A DNA stretch of 64,000 nucleotides from the NCBI GenBank assembly GCA_964588985.1, contig CAZPQW010000006.1:102184-166183 (forward strand), read 5' to 3'. Each line of letters begins with the position of its first letter. The first letter of the stretch is position 1. The position numbers and the translations under genes are program-made. Origin of the DNA: an uncultured Solirubrobacteraceae bacterium. Its GTDB lineage: Bacteria; Actinomycetota; Thermoleophilia; Solirubrobacterales; Solirubrobacteraceae. The notes beneath the pieces are model-generated. The model was given only the letters and a program-made list of their open reading frames with translations. It searched no databases and was not told the origin of the DNA. Of this stretch, positions 37,084 to 45,112 are shown one piece after another.

Positions 37084-37920
37084 TTAGGCGAGGTTGCCGG
37101 ATTGTTTGAGGAACGCCTTGACGACGTTGCTGGGGATCGCGAACCCGACCCCGCTGGAGCCACCTGCGCTGGTGGCGGAGCTGGAGCCGGAGACGATCTG
37201 CGAGTTGACTCCGACGACTTCTCCCGCGGCGTTGATCAGGGGGCCGCCGGAGTTCCCCGGGTTGAGCGCCGCGTCGGTCTGGATTACGTGTGAGATCGTG
37301 GCGCCGTCGGGCGCGTGGATCTCACGATTCACCGCGGATACGACCCCGGTGGTGAGCGTCCAGTCGAGGCCGAACGGGTTGCCGATCGCGTCGACCGCGT
37401 CGCCGACCTGCATGGCGCTGGAGTTGCCGAGGGTGAGCGGGTGAAGCGCGAGTCCGGTGGTGTCGATCCTCAGCAGCGCGAGGTCGCCCGGCTTGTCCTC
37501 GGCGACGATGTGCGCCTGCCTGGTTTGACCGCCCTTGCCTTCGAGTGAGACGGAGATCGAGCTTGCGCCTTCGACGACGTGCTCGTTGGTGAGGATCAGG
37601 CCTGTGGCGCTGACGAGGATGCCGGTACCGCTGTCGGTCTGACGGGTGCTCTGTTCGCCGCCGAACAGCGACGACGCACCGGAGGCGCCGCCGCTGCTGG
37701 CGCGGATCGCCACCACGCCGCGTGAGTCGCGTTCGTAGATCTCACGCGGCGTGAGTGGGTAGGTGGTGGTCACCTGGGAGGCGAATGCGGTGCTGCCGGA
37801 CTGCGGTACGAGCACCTTGGTCTGCGTGGAGCCGAACGGGTGCAGGAGCACCACGACGAGCGCGGCGGTCACACCTCCGACGATGGCCGAGAACAGCGCG
37901 AGTGCTTTTGAGTCGACCAT
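37084..37920 (-). CDS. trypsin-like serine protease (HtrA/PepD-like, no PDZ)
   Basis: N-terminal TM, LTNEHVV, DLALL, AIGNPFGL, IQTDAALNPGNSGGPL. Confidence 0.92.
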   Translation of the reverse strand: MVDSKALALFSAIVGGVTAALVVVLLHPFGSTQTKVLVPQSGSTAFASQVTTTYPLTPREIYERDSRGVVAIRASSGGASGASSLFGGEQSTRQTDSGTGILVSATGLILTNEHVVEGASSISVSLEGKGGQTRQAHIVAEDKPGDLALLRIDTTGLALHPLTLGNSSAMQVGDAVDAIGNPFGLDWTLTTGVVSAVNREIHAPDGATISHVIQTDAALNPGNSGGPLINAAGEVVGVNSQIVSGSSSATSAGGSSGVGFAIPSNVVKAFLKQSGNLA

Positions 37921-37990
37921 TGCTCGGCCTCCGGTGTCGAGGGTGAGAGGACACTGTCGCGCGCGCCTCTGAAGGGCCACTAACCCTTGG

Positions 37991-38007
37991 GTAAGCGCGC
38001 GCTAAGA
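37991..38007 (-). promoter_or_regulatory. degenerate direct-repeat box (TCTTAG-N5-GCTTAC)
   Basis: Plus strand GTAAGC-GCGCG-CTAAGA, about 70 nt upstream of the protease gene. Confidence 0.45.
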
Positions 38008-38016
38008 GCGTCTCGC

Positions 38017-38226
38017 TCAGCCCTCCACGCCAATCGCGTGGACGTTGGCGTGAGCCGCGTTCCTGCTCTGGCGTGCGTGTCGGGCGGCGATCCGTCGCGG
38101 AGTGGCCTCGGTGGCGCCGGAGGCGTGCGGGGTGAGCAGCTTGGCGCGCGACATGACGAACGTCAGCAGGCCGATCAGGGCGATGTCGGCGAGGACGATG
38201 ATCGCGATTGCGAGGGAGAGGCTCAT
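38017..38226 (-). CDS. small single-TM protein
   Basis: GAAAGGA RBS; MSLSLAIAIIVLADIALIGLLTFVMS. Confidence 0.7.
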   Translation of the reverse strand: MSLSLAIAIIVLADIALIGLLTFVMSRAKLLTPHASGATEATPRRIAARHARQSRNAAHANVHAIGVEG

Positions 38227-38301
38227 GGGGATCCTTTCGGTTGAAGGCGGATCGACTCAACCGAGTATCGAGAGGGACCCTGAGCCGACCGTGCAGGGAA
38301 C

Positions 38302-38318
38302 CTGAGAGCAACCTGAGA
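38302..38318 (-). promoter_or_regulatory. perfect MprA-like box TCTCAG-N5-TCTCAG
   Basis: Plus strand CTGAGA-GCAAC-CTGAGA, about 75 nt upstream of the 38226 start. Confidence 0.75.
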
Positions 38319-38349
38319 AGCGTTAAACGTCAGCTAAGAGAGCTGCAAA

Positions 38350-39825
38350 TCAGCGTTTGGAAGCGCTGGGCGCCGGGTAGTCAGCGGCCGCCTTGGGCAG
38401 GCGCATGACGAAGCGGGCGCCCCCGTCGGGTGCGTTCTCGGCGGCGATGGTCCCGTGGTGGGCCTCGACGACCTCGCGCACGATCGCGAGGCCGAGCCCG
38501 GCGCCGGCCTTGCCGCGCTCGCGCCCGCCCTCCGCCCTCCAGAAGCGCTCGAACAGCTTCTTGCGCGCGGCCGCAGGCAGACCCGGCCCGTGGTCGCGGA
38601 CGGTGATCGTGACGCTGCGATCGTCCTGCTCTACGCAGACCTCGATCGGCGTCGCGGTGGGGGTGTGGACGAGCGCGTTGCGCAGCAGGTTGGCGAACAC
38701 CTGACGCAGCTGATGCGCATCCCCGGACACGAGCGCCGCGTCGGGCGCGTCGACGGCGATCTCCCGGTCGGGCACGGTCGCGCGCGCGTCGGCGACGGCG
38801 TCGCGCGCGAGCGTGGCGAGATCCACGGGCGCTCGCGTGAGCTCGGGGGTCTCGTCGAGGCGGGCGAGCGTGAGCAGGTCCTCGACGAGGACGCCCATGC
38901 GCTTCGACTCTTCCTCGATGCGACGCATCGCGGTCTCGGTCCCGACGTGGTCCTGGGTAGCGCCCATGCGAAACAGCTCGGCGTAGCCGCGGATCGAAGC
39001 GAGCGGGGTGCGCAGCTCGTGCGAGGCGTCGGCGAGGAACTGGCGCAGGCGGTCTTCGCTCGCTTCGCGCTCGGAGAACGCCTGCTCGAGGCGGTCGAGC
39101 ATCGCGTTGAGCGCCAGCCCGAGCCGGCCGACCTCGGTCTTCGATGTGGCGGGGCTGACGCGGCGCGAGAGCTCGCCGGCGGCGATCTGCCCGGCGGTGA
39201 CCTCCATGCGGTCGAGTGGGCGCAGGCCTAGGCGCACGACGAAGAACGCGCTCACACCCAGCGCTGCGAGCACCCCGAGGATCACGAGCAGCTCCACGAG
39301 CAGCAGGCGATTGAGCGTCTGGTCGACTTCGCTGAGCGGCACCGCGACGAGCGTGAGGCCGGCGTCCTCGGGGTCGCGGCTGACGAACACGCGGTAGCGC
39401 AGTCCCGAGGAGCCGACGGAGCCGACCGTGAAGAGCTTGCCGATCGGCACGTGCGCCGGGATCGCGGGCGCCGGGGGAGGCGTCTGCCCGTAGCTGATCG
39501 TCTGCGATCCGATCACCCGGCCTGAGAGTTCGCGGCGCTGTCCGTAGGTGCCGGGTGGGAGGTTCGGGCCCGGGTGGGGGCTGGCGTTCGCCGAGGCTTT
39601 GGAGGTGGCGTTCGGGTCGTTGCGGTCGGACCCGTGGTCGAGCGGCGTGAGGCCGGCGTTGTCGAGAGCGCGGGAGAGCGAAGGTCCGGCTGAGCGGACC
39701 TCCTGGTCGATGCGTCCCTGCAGAAACGATTTCTGCTCCGCGTAGGTGACCGCGCCGAGGATCACGAGCCCGACCCCGGCCAGCGCGAGCACACTGGCGA
39801 GCACGCGCGTGCGCAGCGAGCCCAT
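38350..39825 (-). CDS. HAMP-domain sensor histidine kinase
   Basis: 2 TM, HAMP, DASHELRTPL H-box, NLLRNA, DHGPG, FERFWR, GAGLGL. Confidence 0.95.
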   Translation of the reverse strand: MGSLRTRVLASVLALAGVGLVILGAVTYAEQKSFLQGRIDQEVRSAGPSLSRALDNAGLTPLDHGSDRNDPNATSKASANASPHPGPNLPPGTYGQRRELSGRVIGSQTISYGQTPPPAPAIPAHVPIGKLFTVGSVGSSGLRYRVFVSRDPEDAGLTLVAVPLSEVDQTLNRLLLVELLVILGVLAALGVSAFFVVRLGLRPLDRMEVTAGQIAAGELSRRVSPATSKTEVGRLGLALNAMLDRLEQAFSEREASEDRLRQFLADASHELRTPLASIRGYAELFRMGATQDHVGTETAMRRIEEESKRMGVLVEDLLTLARLDETPELTRAPVDLATLARDAVADARATVPDREIAVDAPDAALVSGDAHQLRQVFANLLRNALVHTPTATPIEVCVEQDDRSVTITVRDHGPGLPAAARKKLFERFWRAEGGRERGKAGAGLGLAIVREVVEAHHGTIAAENAPDGGARFVMRLPKAAADYPAPSASKR

Positions 39826-40541
39826 CAGTTGCGGGGCGCCTGCAGCGCGTAGCCGACGCCGCGCACGGTCTTGATGAGCGAAGGCCCGTGCGCGTCGAGC
39901 TTCTTGCGCAGGTAGCTGATGTAGGTCTCGAGGACGCGGCCGTCGCCGCCGAAGTCGTAGTTCCACACGTGGTCGAGCAGCTGAGCGCGGGTCATGACCC
40001 GGCGGGGGTTGAGCATCAGGTAGCGCAGCAGGCGGTATTCGGTGGCGGTCAGCTCGATCGGCTCGCCCGCGCGCGTGACCTCGCGCGACTCCTCGTCGAG
40101 CTCGAGGTCCTCGAAGACGAGGTGTCCGGACTCGGGGCTGGCGTGGCCGGTGCGCCTGAGGATCGTCCTGATGCGCGCGACGAGCTCCTCGAGGCTGAAC
40201 GGCTTGGTCATGTAGTCGTCGCCGCCGCCGCTGAGGCCGCGGACCTTGTCCTCGGTGGCGTCGCGCGCGGTGAGGAAGATGATCGGCACGCCCGTGCGCT
40301 GGGCGCCGAGCCGCGCGGCGACGTCGAAGCCCTCCATGTCGGGGAGCATCACGTCGAGCACCATCAGGTGCGGTTTGAAGTTGGACACCGCCGTGAGCGC
40401 CTCACGGCCGGTGCTGGCGGTCTCGACGGTGAAGCCCTGGAAGCGCAGCGCCATCGTGAGCACCTCGACGAGGTTCGGCTCGTCATCGACCACCAGGATG
40501 CGCTGCTGCTGGTTGTCAGGGGTGGAGGTGGGAGACATCAT
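39825..40541 (-). CDS. OmpR/PhoB family response regulator (MprA/TcrX-like)
   Basis: LVVDDE, LDVMLP, FLTARD, KPFS, LTATE.RLL, YISYLRKK, TVRGVGY. Confidence 0.95.
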   Translation of the reverse strand: MMSPTSTPDNQQQRILVVDDEPNLVEVLTMALRFQGFTVETASTGREALTAVSNFKPHLMVLDVMLPDMEGFDVAARLGAQRTGVPIIFLTARDATEDKVRGLSGGGDDYMTKPFSLEELVARIRTILRRTGHASPESGHLVFEDLELDEESREVTRAGEPIELTATEYRLLRYLMLNPRRVMTRAQLLDHVWNYDFGGDGRVLETYISYLRKKLDAHGPSLIKTVRGVGYALQAPRN

Positions 40542-40630
40542 GGGGTTCGATCGCCAAGGGCATGGGAGCGGCCGGGGGCTGCAGCAGAGCACATGAGACT
40601 GCACTGGGCTGGGGCTTCGATCAAGGCTAG

Positions 40631-40647
40631 CTGGGAGTTTGCTGAGT
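40631..40647 (-). promoter_or_regulatory. putative autoregulatory direct-repeat box (ACTCAG-N5-TCCCAG)
   Basis: Plus strand CTGGGA-GTTTG-CTGAGT upstream of the response regulator. Confidence 0.55.
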
Positions 40648-40694
40648 ATCGCCGCGGTGCGTCGCGGCGACCGTTGGAATGCCGGTTGTGCAAC

Positions 40695-40722
40695 TCAATC
40701 CGAGGCGCTGGAATGCCGATGC
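40695..40722 (+). promoter_or_regulatory. sigma-28-type promoter
   Basis: TCAA-N16-GCCGATGC; ATG 40730 follows after a 7-nt gap. Confidence 0.7.
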
Positions 40723-40729
40723 GATGTAT

Positions 40730-40861
40730 ATGCAGCGTCTCAACTTCCCGCTGCGCCGTCCGGGGGCGCTGATCATCACCGTGCTCGCGGCCACGGACGT
40801 GGCCTACCGGCTGCTGCTGCGCGAGTCGGTACGCCGCGCGCTCGGGATTCAGCAGCGCTAG
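40730..40861 (+). CDS. 43-aa microprotein
   Basis: MQRLNFPLRRPGALIITVLAATDVAYRLLLRESVRRALGIQQR; coding-like GC3; own promoter. Confidence 0.6.
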   Translation: MQRLNFPLRRPGALIITVLAATDVAYRLLLRESVRRALGIQQR

Positions 40862-40981
40862 TCGCGCACGTCGCCGGGAAGGATCTAGCTCCCCGAGCGT
40901 CCTCTGTTGTTGAGGCGCGCAACGGGCGTGCGTGAGGGCGGCTTACGCCGCGACGCGAAGACGGGAAGGCGGGATGGGATC

Positions 40982-41788
40982 GTGAGACTGCGCGGGCGCT
41001 ATCTGCCGTTGGCGGCGGTCGTCAGCGGATTCCTGGCGCTGCTGCCTGCCGTGGCGAGCTCGGAAACGAGTCCGACGATCGACGCGGTGAACGGGAGCGC
41101 CTACACGCACTACTGGTCGCCGACGCAGGTGAGCGTGGGCACGGGCGGGACGGTGTCGATCCGCAACTCGACGGCCGTGCTGCACGGCGTGGAATGGATC
41201 GGCCCGCTGAAGCCCGAATGCAGCAGCGGTGTGCCCGTGGGAACCACGCCGGCGGCGTCGGGCAAGGAATGGAGCGGCACGTGCACGTTCGCGCAGTTCG
41301 GCACCTACACGTTCTACTGCACGGTGCACGGCCCAGAAATGACCGGCGCGATCACGGTGAGCGCGGCGGGGACGACGACCACGACGACGGTGACCACTCC
41401 GACTACGACTGGGCCCCCGGCGCCTGGAGAATCGCCCTCGGGCTCTCCGCTGCTGAGCGGCCCGTCGTTTGCGTCGAGCCAGCGCGGCGGCGCCGTGAGA
41501 GGCTCGCTCGCGATCTCGGGGGCGGGCGCGGGCGACCGTCTCGAGGTGGACGTGTTCGCGAAGGGCGCCGCGTTGGGGAGGGGAGGGCGCCCGGCGCGTG
41601 TCCGGGTGGGACGGCTCGTGCGCGGATCGGTCTCGCCGGGCGAGGTGGCGCTGCTCGTACGGCTCGACACAGCGGCGCGGCGTGCACTCAAACGCCACAG
41701 GCGCCTCGCGCTCGTGGTGAGGATGACGCTCACGCCGCTTCACGGCAACCCGACGAGCGTCACGCGAACAGTGGTGGCACACGCTTGA
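40982..41788 (+). CDS. secreted cupredoxin (type-1 copper) domain protein
   Basis: Signal peptide; H (LHGV) and YTFYCTVHGPEM ligand set; Thr/Pro linker; basic C-terminal domain. Confidence 0.85.
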   Translation: MRLRGRYLPLAAVVSGFLALLPAVASSETSPTIDAVNGSAYTHYWSPTQVSVGTGGTVSIRNSTAVLHGVEWIGPLKPECSSGVPVGTTPAASGKEWSGTCTFAQFGTYTFYCTVHGPEMTGAITVSAAGTTTTTTVTTPTTTGPPAPGESPSGSPLLSGPSFASSQRGGAVRGSLAISGAGAGDRLEVDVFAKGAALGRGGRPARVRVGRLVRGSVSPGEVALLVRLDTAARRALKRHRRLALVVRMTLTPLHGNPTSVTRTVVAHA

Positions 41789-41801
41789 GAGGAGAGCGGA
41801 G

Positions 41802-43241
41802 ATGAGGGTGGGTGTGAAATTCGCGGTATTGGCTGCGTTGACGGGAACGCTCATTGCAATGCTGCCGGCGGTCGGGAGCTCCACGGAACCGAGCCCGACG
41901 GTGGAAGCGGTGAACGTCGGCATCTACACGCACTATTGGTCGCCCGAAAAAGTGGCGGTGCACACGGGTGGCACGATCACGGTTCGCAACCTGACGACGG
42001 TCGCGCACGGCGTCGAATGGGTCGGCGGGCCGGTGACACCCGGATGCAGCGTCGGCGTGCCGGTCGGAACGACGCCGGTGGCGTCGGGGAAAGAATGGAG
42101 CGGCACGTGCACGTTCACCCATGCCGGCACGTACACGTTCTACTGCACCGTCCACGGTCCGGCGATGACAGAGACGGTGACGGTGACGACGCCAGGAGCA
42201 CCCACGCTGACGACGGGCGCGGCAAGTGCGGTGGGGCAGACGGCGGCGACGCTGAACGGCACCGTCGACCCGCAGGGCAAAGCGTCGACCTACCACTTCG
42301 ACTACGGCACGACGACCGGCTACGGCAATGAAACCAGCGAAGAATCCGCAGGAGCGGGCAGCGTGAACGAAGCGGTGGCGGTCCCGGTCAGCTCGCTGGC
42401 GCCGGGAACGACCTATCACTACAAGCTGGTGGCGAAGAACGAAGCTGGCACGACCGAAGGCCTCGACCGCACGTTCACCACGCTCTCGCCTCCGGGGCTG
42501 CCGAGCGCCGTCACGGGCCTCGCGAGCGGATTGGGAGAAACCCAGGCGACGCTCAACGGAACGATCAACCCGAACGGTCAGGCGACGAGCTTCTTCTTCG
42601 AATGGGGCGCGAGCAGTGTCTACGGGCAGAGCACCGAAGAACTGCCAGTCGGGGAAGACCATGCGGGCCACGCCGAGAACGCGCCGCTGACAGCGCTCGC
42701 GGCGGGCACGGTCTACCACTTCAGGGTCGTGGCGAAGAACGCGTCGGGCACGACGCCCGGAGCGGATCGGACGTTCACCACGACAGCTCCGCCTGCGCCG
42801 GAAGCGACGCCGACCACCACGGTGACGACGCCCGCACCGGTCACGGGAGGGTCGGCAATGACGACTGCGACGACGCCGATCGTGACGCCCGCGCCGGGTC
42901 CCCCGATCGTGGGCAGCCCATCGCTGCATCCGGGTCAACGAGGCACGTCTGTCACAGGGTCGCTGCACGTCGCCTCGACTGGCGCGGGCGGGCGACTGGA
43001 GGTCGACGTGTTCGCCAAGGACGCGTCGATCACGCGAGCCAAGCGGTCCTCCCCGGTGCTCGTGGGCCGCATCGTGCGCAGCTCGATACCCGCTGGGACG
43101 GTGAGCTTCTCGGTCAAGCTCGATGCCAAGGCACGGAGCGCGCTACGGCGCCATCACGGCCTTGTGGTGAGCGTGAAGGTCACGCTCACTCCGGCGGACG
43201 GTCCCGCGGTGAGCGTCACGCGGAGCGTCCTGTTGCGGTGA
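41802..43241 (+). CDS. secreted cupredoxin plus two FN3-like domains
   Basis: AHGVEW...YCTVHGPAM; two ATLNGT..P.G...L.xGT.YH....A.N repeats; same C-terminal domain as the upstream paralog. Confidence 0.85.
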   Translation: MRVGVKFAVLAALTGTLIAMLPAVGSSTEPSPTVEAVNVGIYTHYWSPEKVAVHTGGTITVRNLTTVAHGVEWVGGPVTPGCSVGVPVGTTPVASGKEWSGTCTFTHAGTYTFYCTVHGPAMTETVTVTTPGAPTLTTGAASAVGQTAATLNGTVDPQGKASTYHFDYGTTTGYGNETSEESAGAGSVNEAVAVPVSSLAPGTTYHYKLVAKNEAGTTEGLDRTFTTLSPPGLPSAVTGLASGLGETQATLNGTINPNGQATSFFFEWGASSVYGQSTEELPVGEDHAGHAENAPLTALAAGTVYHFRVVAKNASGTTPGADRTFTTTAPPAPEATPTTTVTTPAPVTGGSAMTTATTPIVTPAPGPPIVGSPSLHPGQRGTSVTGSLHVASTGAGGRLEVDVFAKDASITRAKRSSPVLVGRIVRSSIPAGTVSFSVKLDAKARSALRRHHGLVVSVKVTLTPADGPAVSVTRSVLLR

Positions 43242-43366
43242 CGTTCCGGGGTGGGCGACCGGCTTGTGCATTGGCCGTCGGCTCGATCCACTACTGTCAG
43301 GCACCTTGAGAGGGCCGCGGCAGCGCTTGGAGCGGCGACACAACGGACGAGTCGGGGGGGCAGGAC

Positions 43367-45058
43367 ATGGGACTGTGGACGAGGCTGCGGCGCGCGGTCG
43401 CCGTGTTTGCGACGGCTGCTCTCGCGTTCGCGCTGGCGGCGGCCGGAGCGTGGGCGTCACCGACGTTCACGAAGCTCCCGGCCGAAATGTTCCAGGCGCG
43501 CTACGCGCCGATCGCCGCGTCGCTCCCGAGCGGCGAAGTGTTGATTGCGGGCGGCTACAACGAATCCGCCAAATTCATGAAGAGCGCCGAACTGTTCGAC
43601 CCGACGACGAGCACGTTCAAGAAGCTCACGGGCGAAATGGCCGTCGCCCGCGACGAATTCGCGTCCGCGACGCTGACGGACGGGAAGGTGCTGCTCGTAG
43701 GCGGCTACAACGCGAAAACCCTGAAGAGCGCCGAACTGTTCGACCCGGCGACCGGCACGTTCGAAGCGCTCTCCGCGACGATGAGCTTCGAACGCGATGG
43801 CCCTGGGGCCGCAAGGCTGCCCGATGGGAGGGTCCTGATCGTCGGTGGCGTCCGCGAAGGCGGCGAATATCTGACGACCGCGGACCTCTACAACCCGGCG
43901 ACCCGCGCGTTCGAAACGCTCTCAACCGAAACGGTGGCCGGACGCTACGAGCCGACGGTCTCCGCGCTGCCGAGCGGCAAGGTGCTGATCGCGGGCGGCG
44001 AGGGCAAATCGGGCAAATCCCTGACGAGCACGGAACTGTTCAACCCGGCGACCGGGACGTTCGAACCGGGCTCGCACGAACTGAACGAAGCACGTCGCGA
44101 AGCCGGCTCGGCAACCCTCCAGAATGGCGAGGTGTTGATCGTCGGCGGCTACAACGGCAAAGACATGCAGACCGGCGAGCTGTTCGATCCCGAAACGAGC
44201 GCGTTCGAAAAGCTCTCGACGGAACTGACCGAACCACGCACCGGGCCAGCGGCCGTGACGCTCCCCAACGGCCGGGTGCTGATCGTGGGCGGCTACAACG
44301 AATCGGCCCCCGCATCGGCTCTCAACCTGAAGACGGCGGAAGAGAGCTCCGTGAACGCTCCGACGGCGACGACGGCGGCGGCGGCGGGTGTTGGGGTGAA
44401 CGGAGCGACGCTCGGCGGGACCGCTCTGACCGAAGCAGCCGCCACCACGTACTTCCAGTACGGTGCGAGCACCGCTTATGGCGCCGCCACACCCGGCCAG
44501 AGCGTCGGTGGCTCGAGGTCCGCCCAGTCGCTCGCGGCAGCCGTGAGCGGTCTCGCGCCGGGCACGACCTACCACTTCCGGATGGTCGCTGAAAACGCGG
44601 GAGGCACGAGCTACGGCGCGGATCAGACGTTCACCACGCTGCCCGGCGTGCCGACCGTGACCGGCGCGTCGCAAATGCACCGCAGCTGGCGCGAGGGAAG
44701 CGCGCTCGCGACCCTGGCGCGCAAGCGCGCCCCGCTCGGCACGTCGTTCTCGTTCACGCTCAACCAGCCGGCCACCGTCAGCTTCGCGTTCACACAGCCC
44801 GCGAGCGGGCGCAAGGTCGGGCACAGCTGCGTGGCTGAGAAGAAGACGAACCGGCGCAAGCGGCGGTGTGTGCGCACGTTGACGCGCGGGACGCTCTCAT
44901 TCGCTGGACACGCGGGGCTGAACACGCTCTCCTTCCAGGGGCGCCTCTCACACACGAAGAAGCTGCGACCGGGCATTTACACCGTCGTGATCCTCGCCAC
45001 GAACTCCGCCGGACAGCGTTCGACGCCCGTCAGGTTGAGCTTCACGATCGTGGGGTGA
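43367..45058 (+). CDS. secreted Kelch-repeat beta-propeller plus FN3-like domain protein
   Basis: Signal peptide; six R...LxxGxVLxxGG...ELFDP repeats; LAPGTTYHFR; basic C-terminal domain. Confidence 0.88.
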   Translation: MGLWTRLRRAVAVFATAALAFALAAAGAWASPTFTKLPAEMFQARYAPIAASLPSGEVLIAGGYNESAKFMKSAELFDPTTSTFKKLTGEMAVARDEFASATLTDGKVLLVGGYNAKTLKSAELFDPATGTFEALSATMSFERDGPGAARLPDGRVLIVGGVREGGEYLTTADLYNPATRAFETLSTETVAGRYEPTVSALPSGKVLIAGGEGKSGKSLTSTELFNPATGTFEPGSHELNEARREAGSATLQNGEVLIVGGYNGKDMQTGELFDPETSAFEKLSTELTEPRTGPAAVTLPNGRVLIVGGYNESAPASALNLKTAEESSVNAPTATTAAAAGVGVNGATLGGTALTEAAATTYFQYGASTAYGAATPGQSVGGSRSAQSLAAAVSGLAPGTTYHFRMVAENAGGTSYGADQTFTTLPGVPTVTGASQMHRSWREGSALATLARKRAPLGTSFSFTLNQPATVSFAFTQPASGRKVGHSCVAEKKTNRRKRRCVRTLTRGTLSFAGHAGLNTLSFQGRLSHTKKLRPGIYTVVILATNSAGQRSTPVRLSFTIVG

Positions 45059-45074
45059 GCCGACCACTCACCCC
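45052..45074. terminator. hairpin between convergent genes
   Basis: GGGGTGAG-N7-CTCACCCC. Confidence 0.45.
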
Positions 45075-45112
45075 GTGGGGAGGAAGGTGGACGGGCGTGA
45101 GACGGTGCGTGG

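Noticed and set aside
37670-37700. SGAS ([S/T]GA[S/T]) in the HtrA-like protease as an ApbE flavinylation site
   Set aside because: It lies in a low-complexity Ser/Gly loop without the usual upstream Asp context; likely chance
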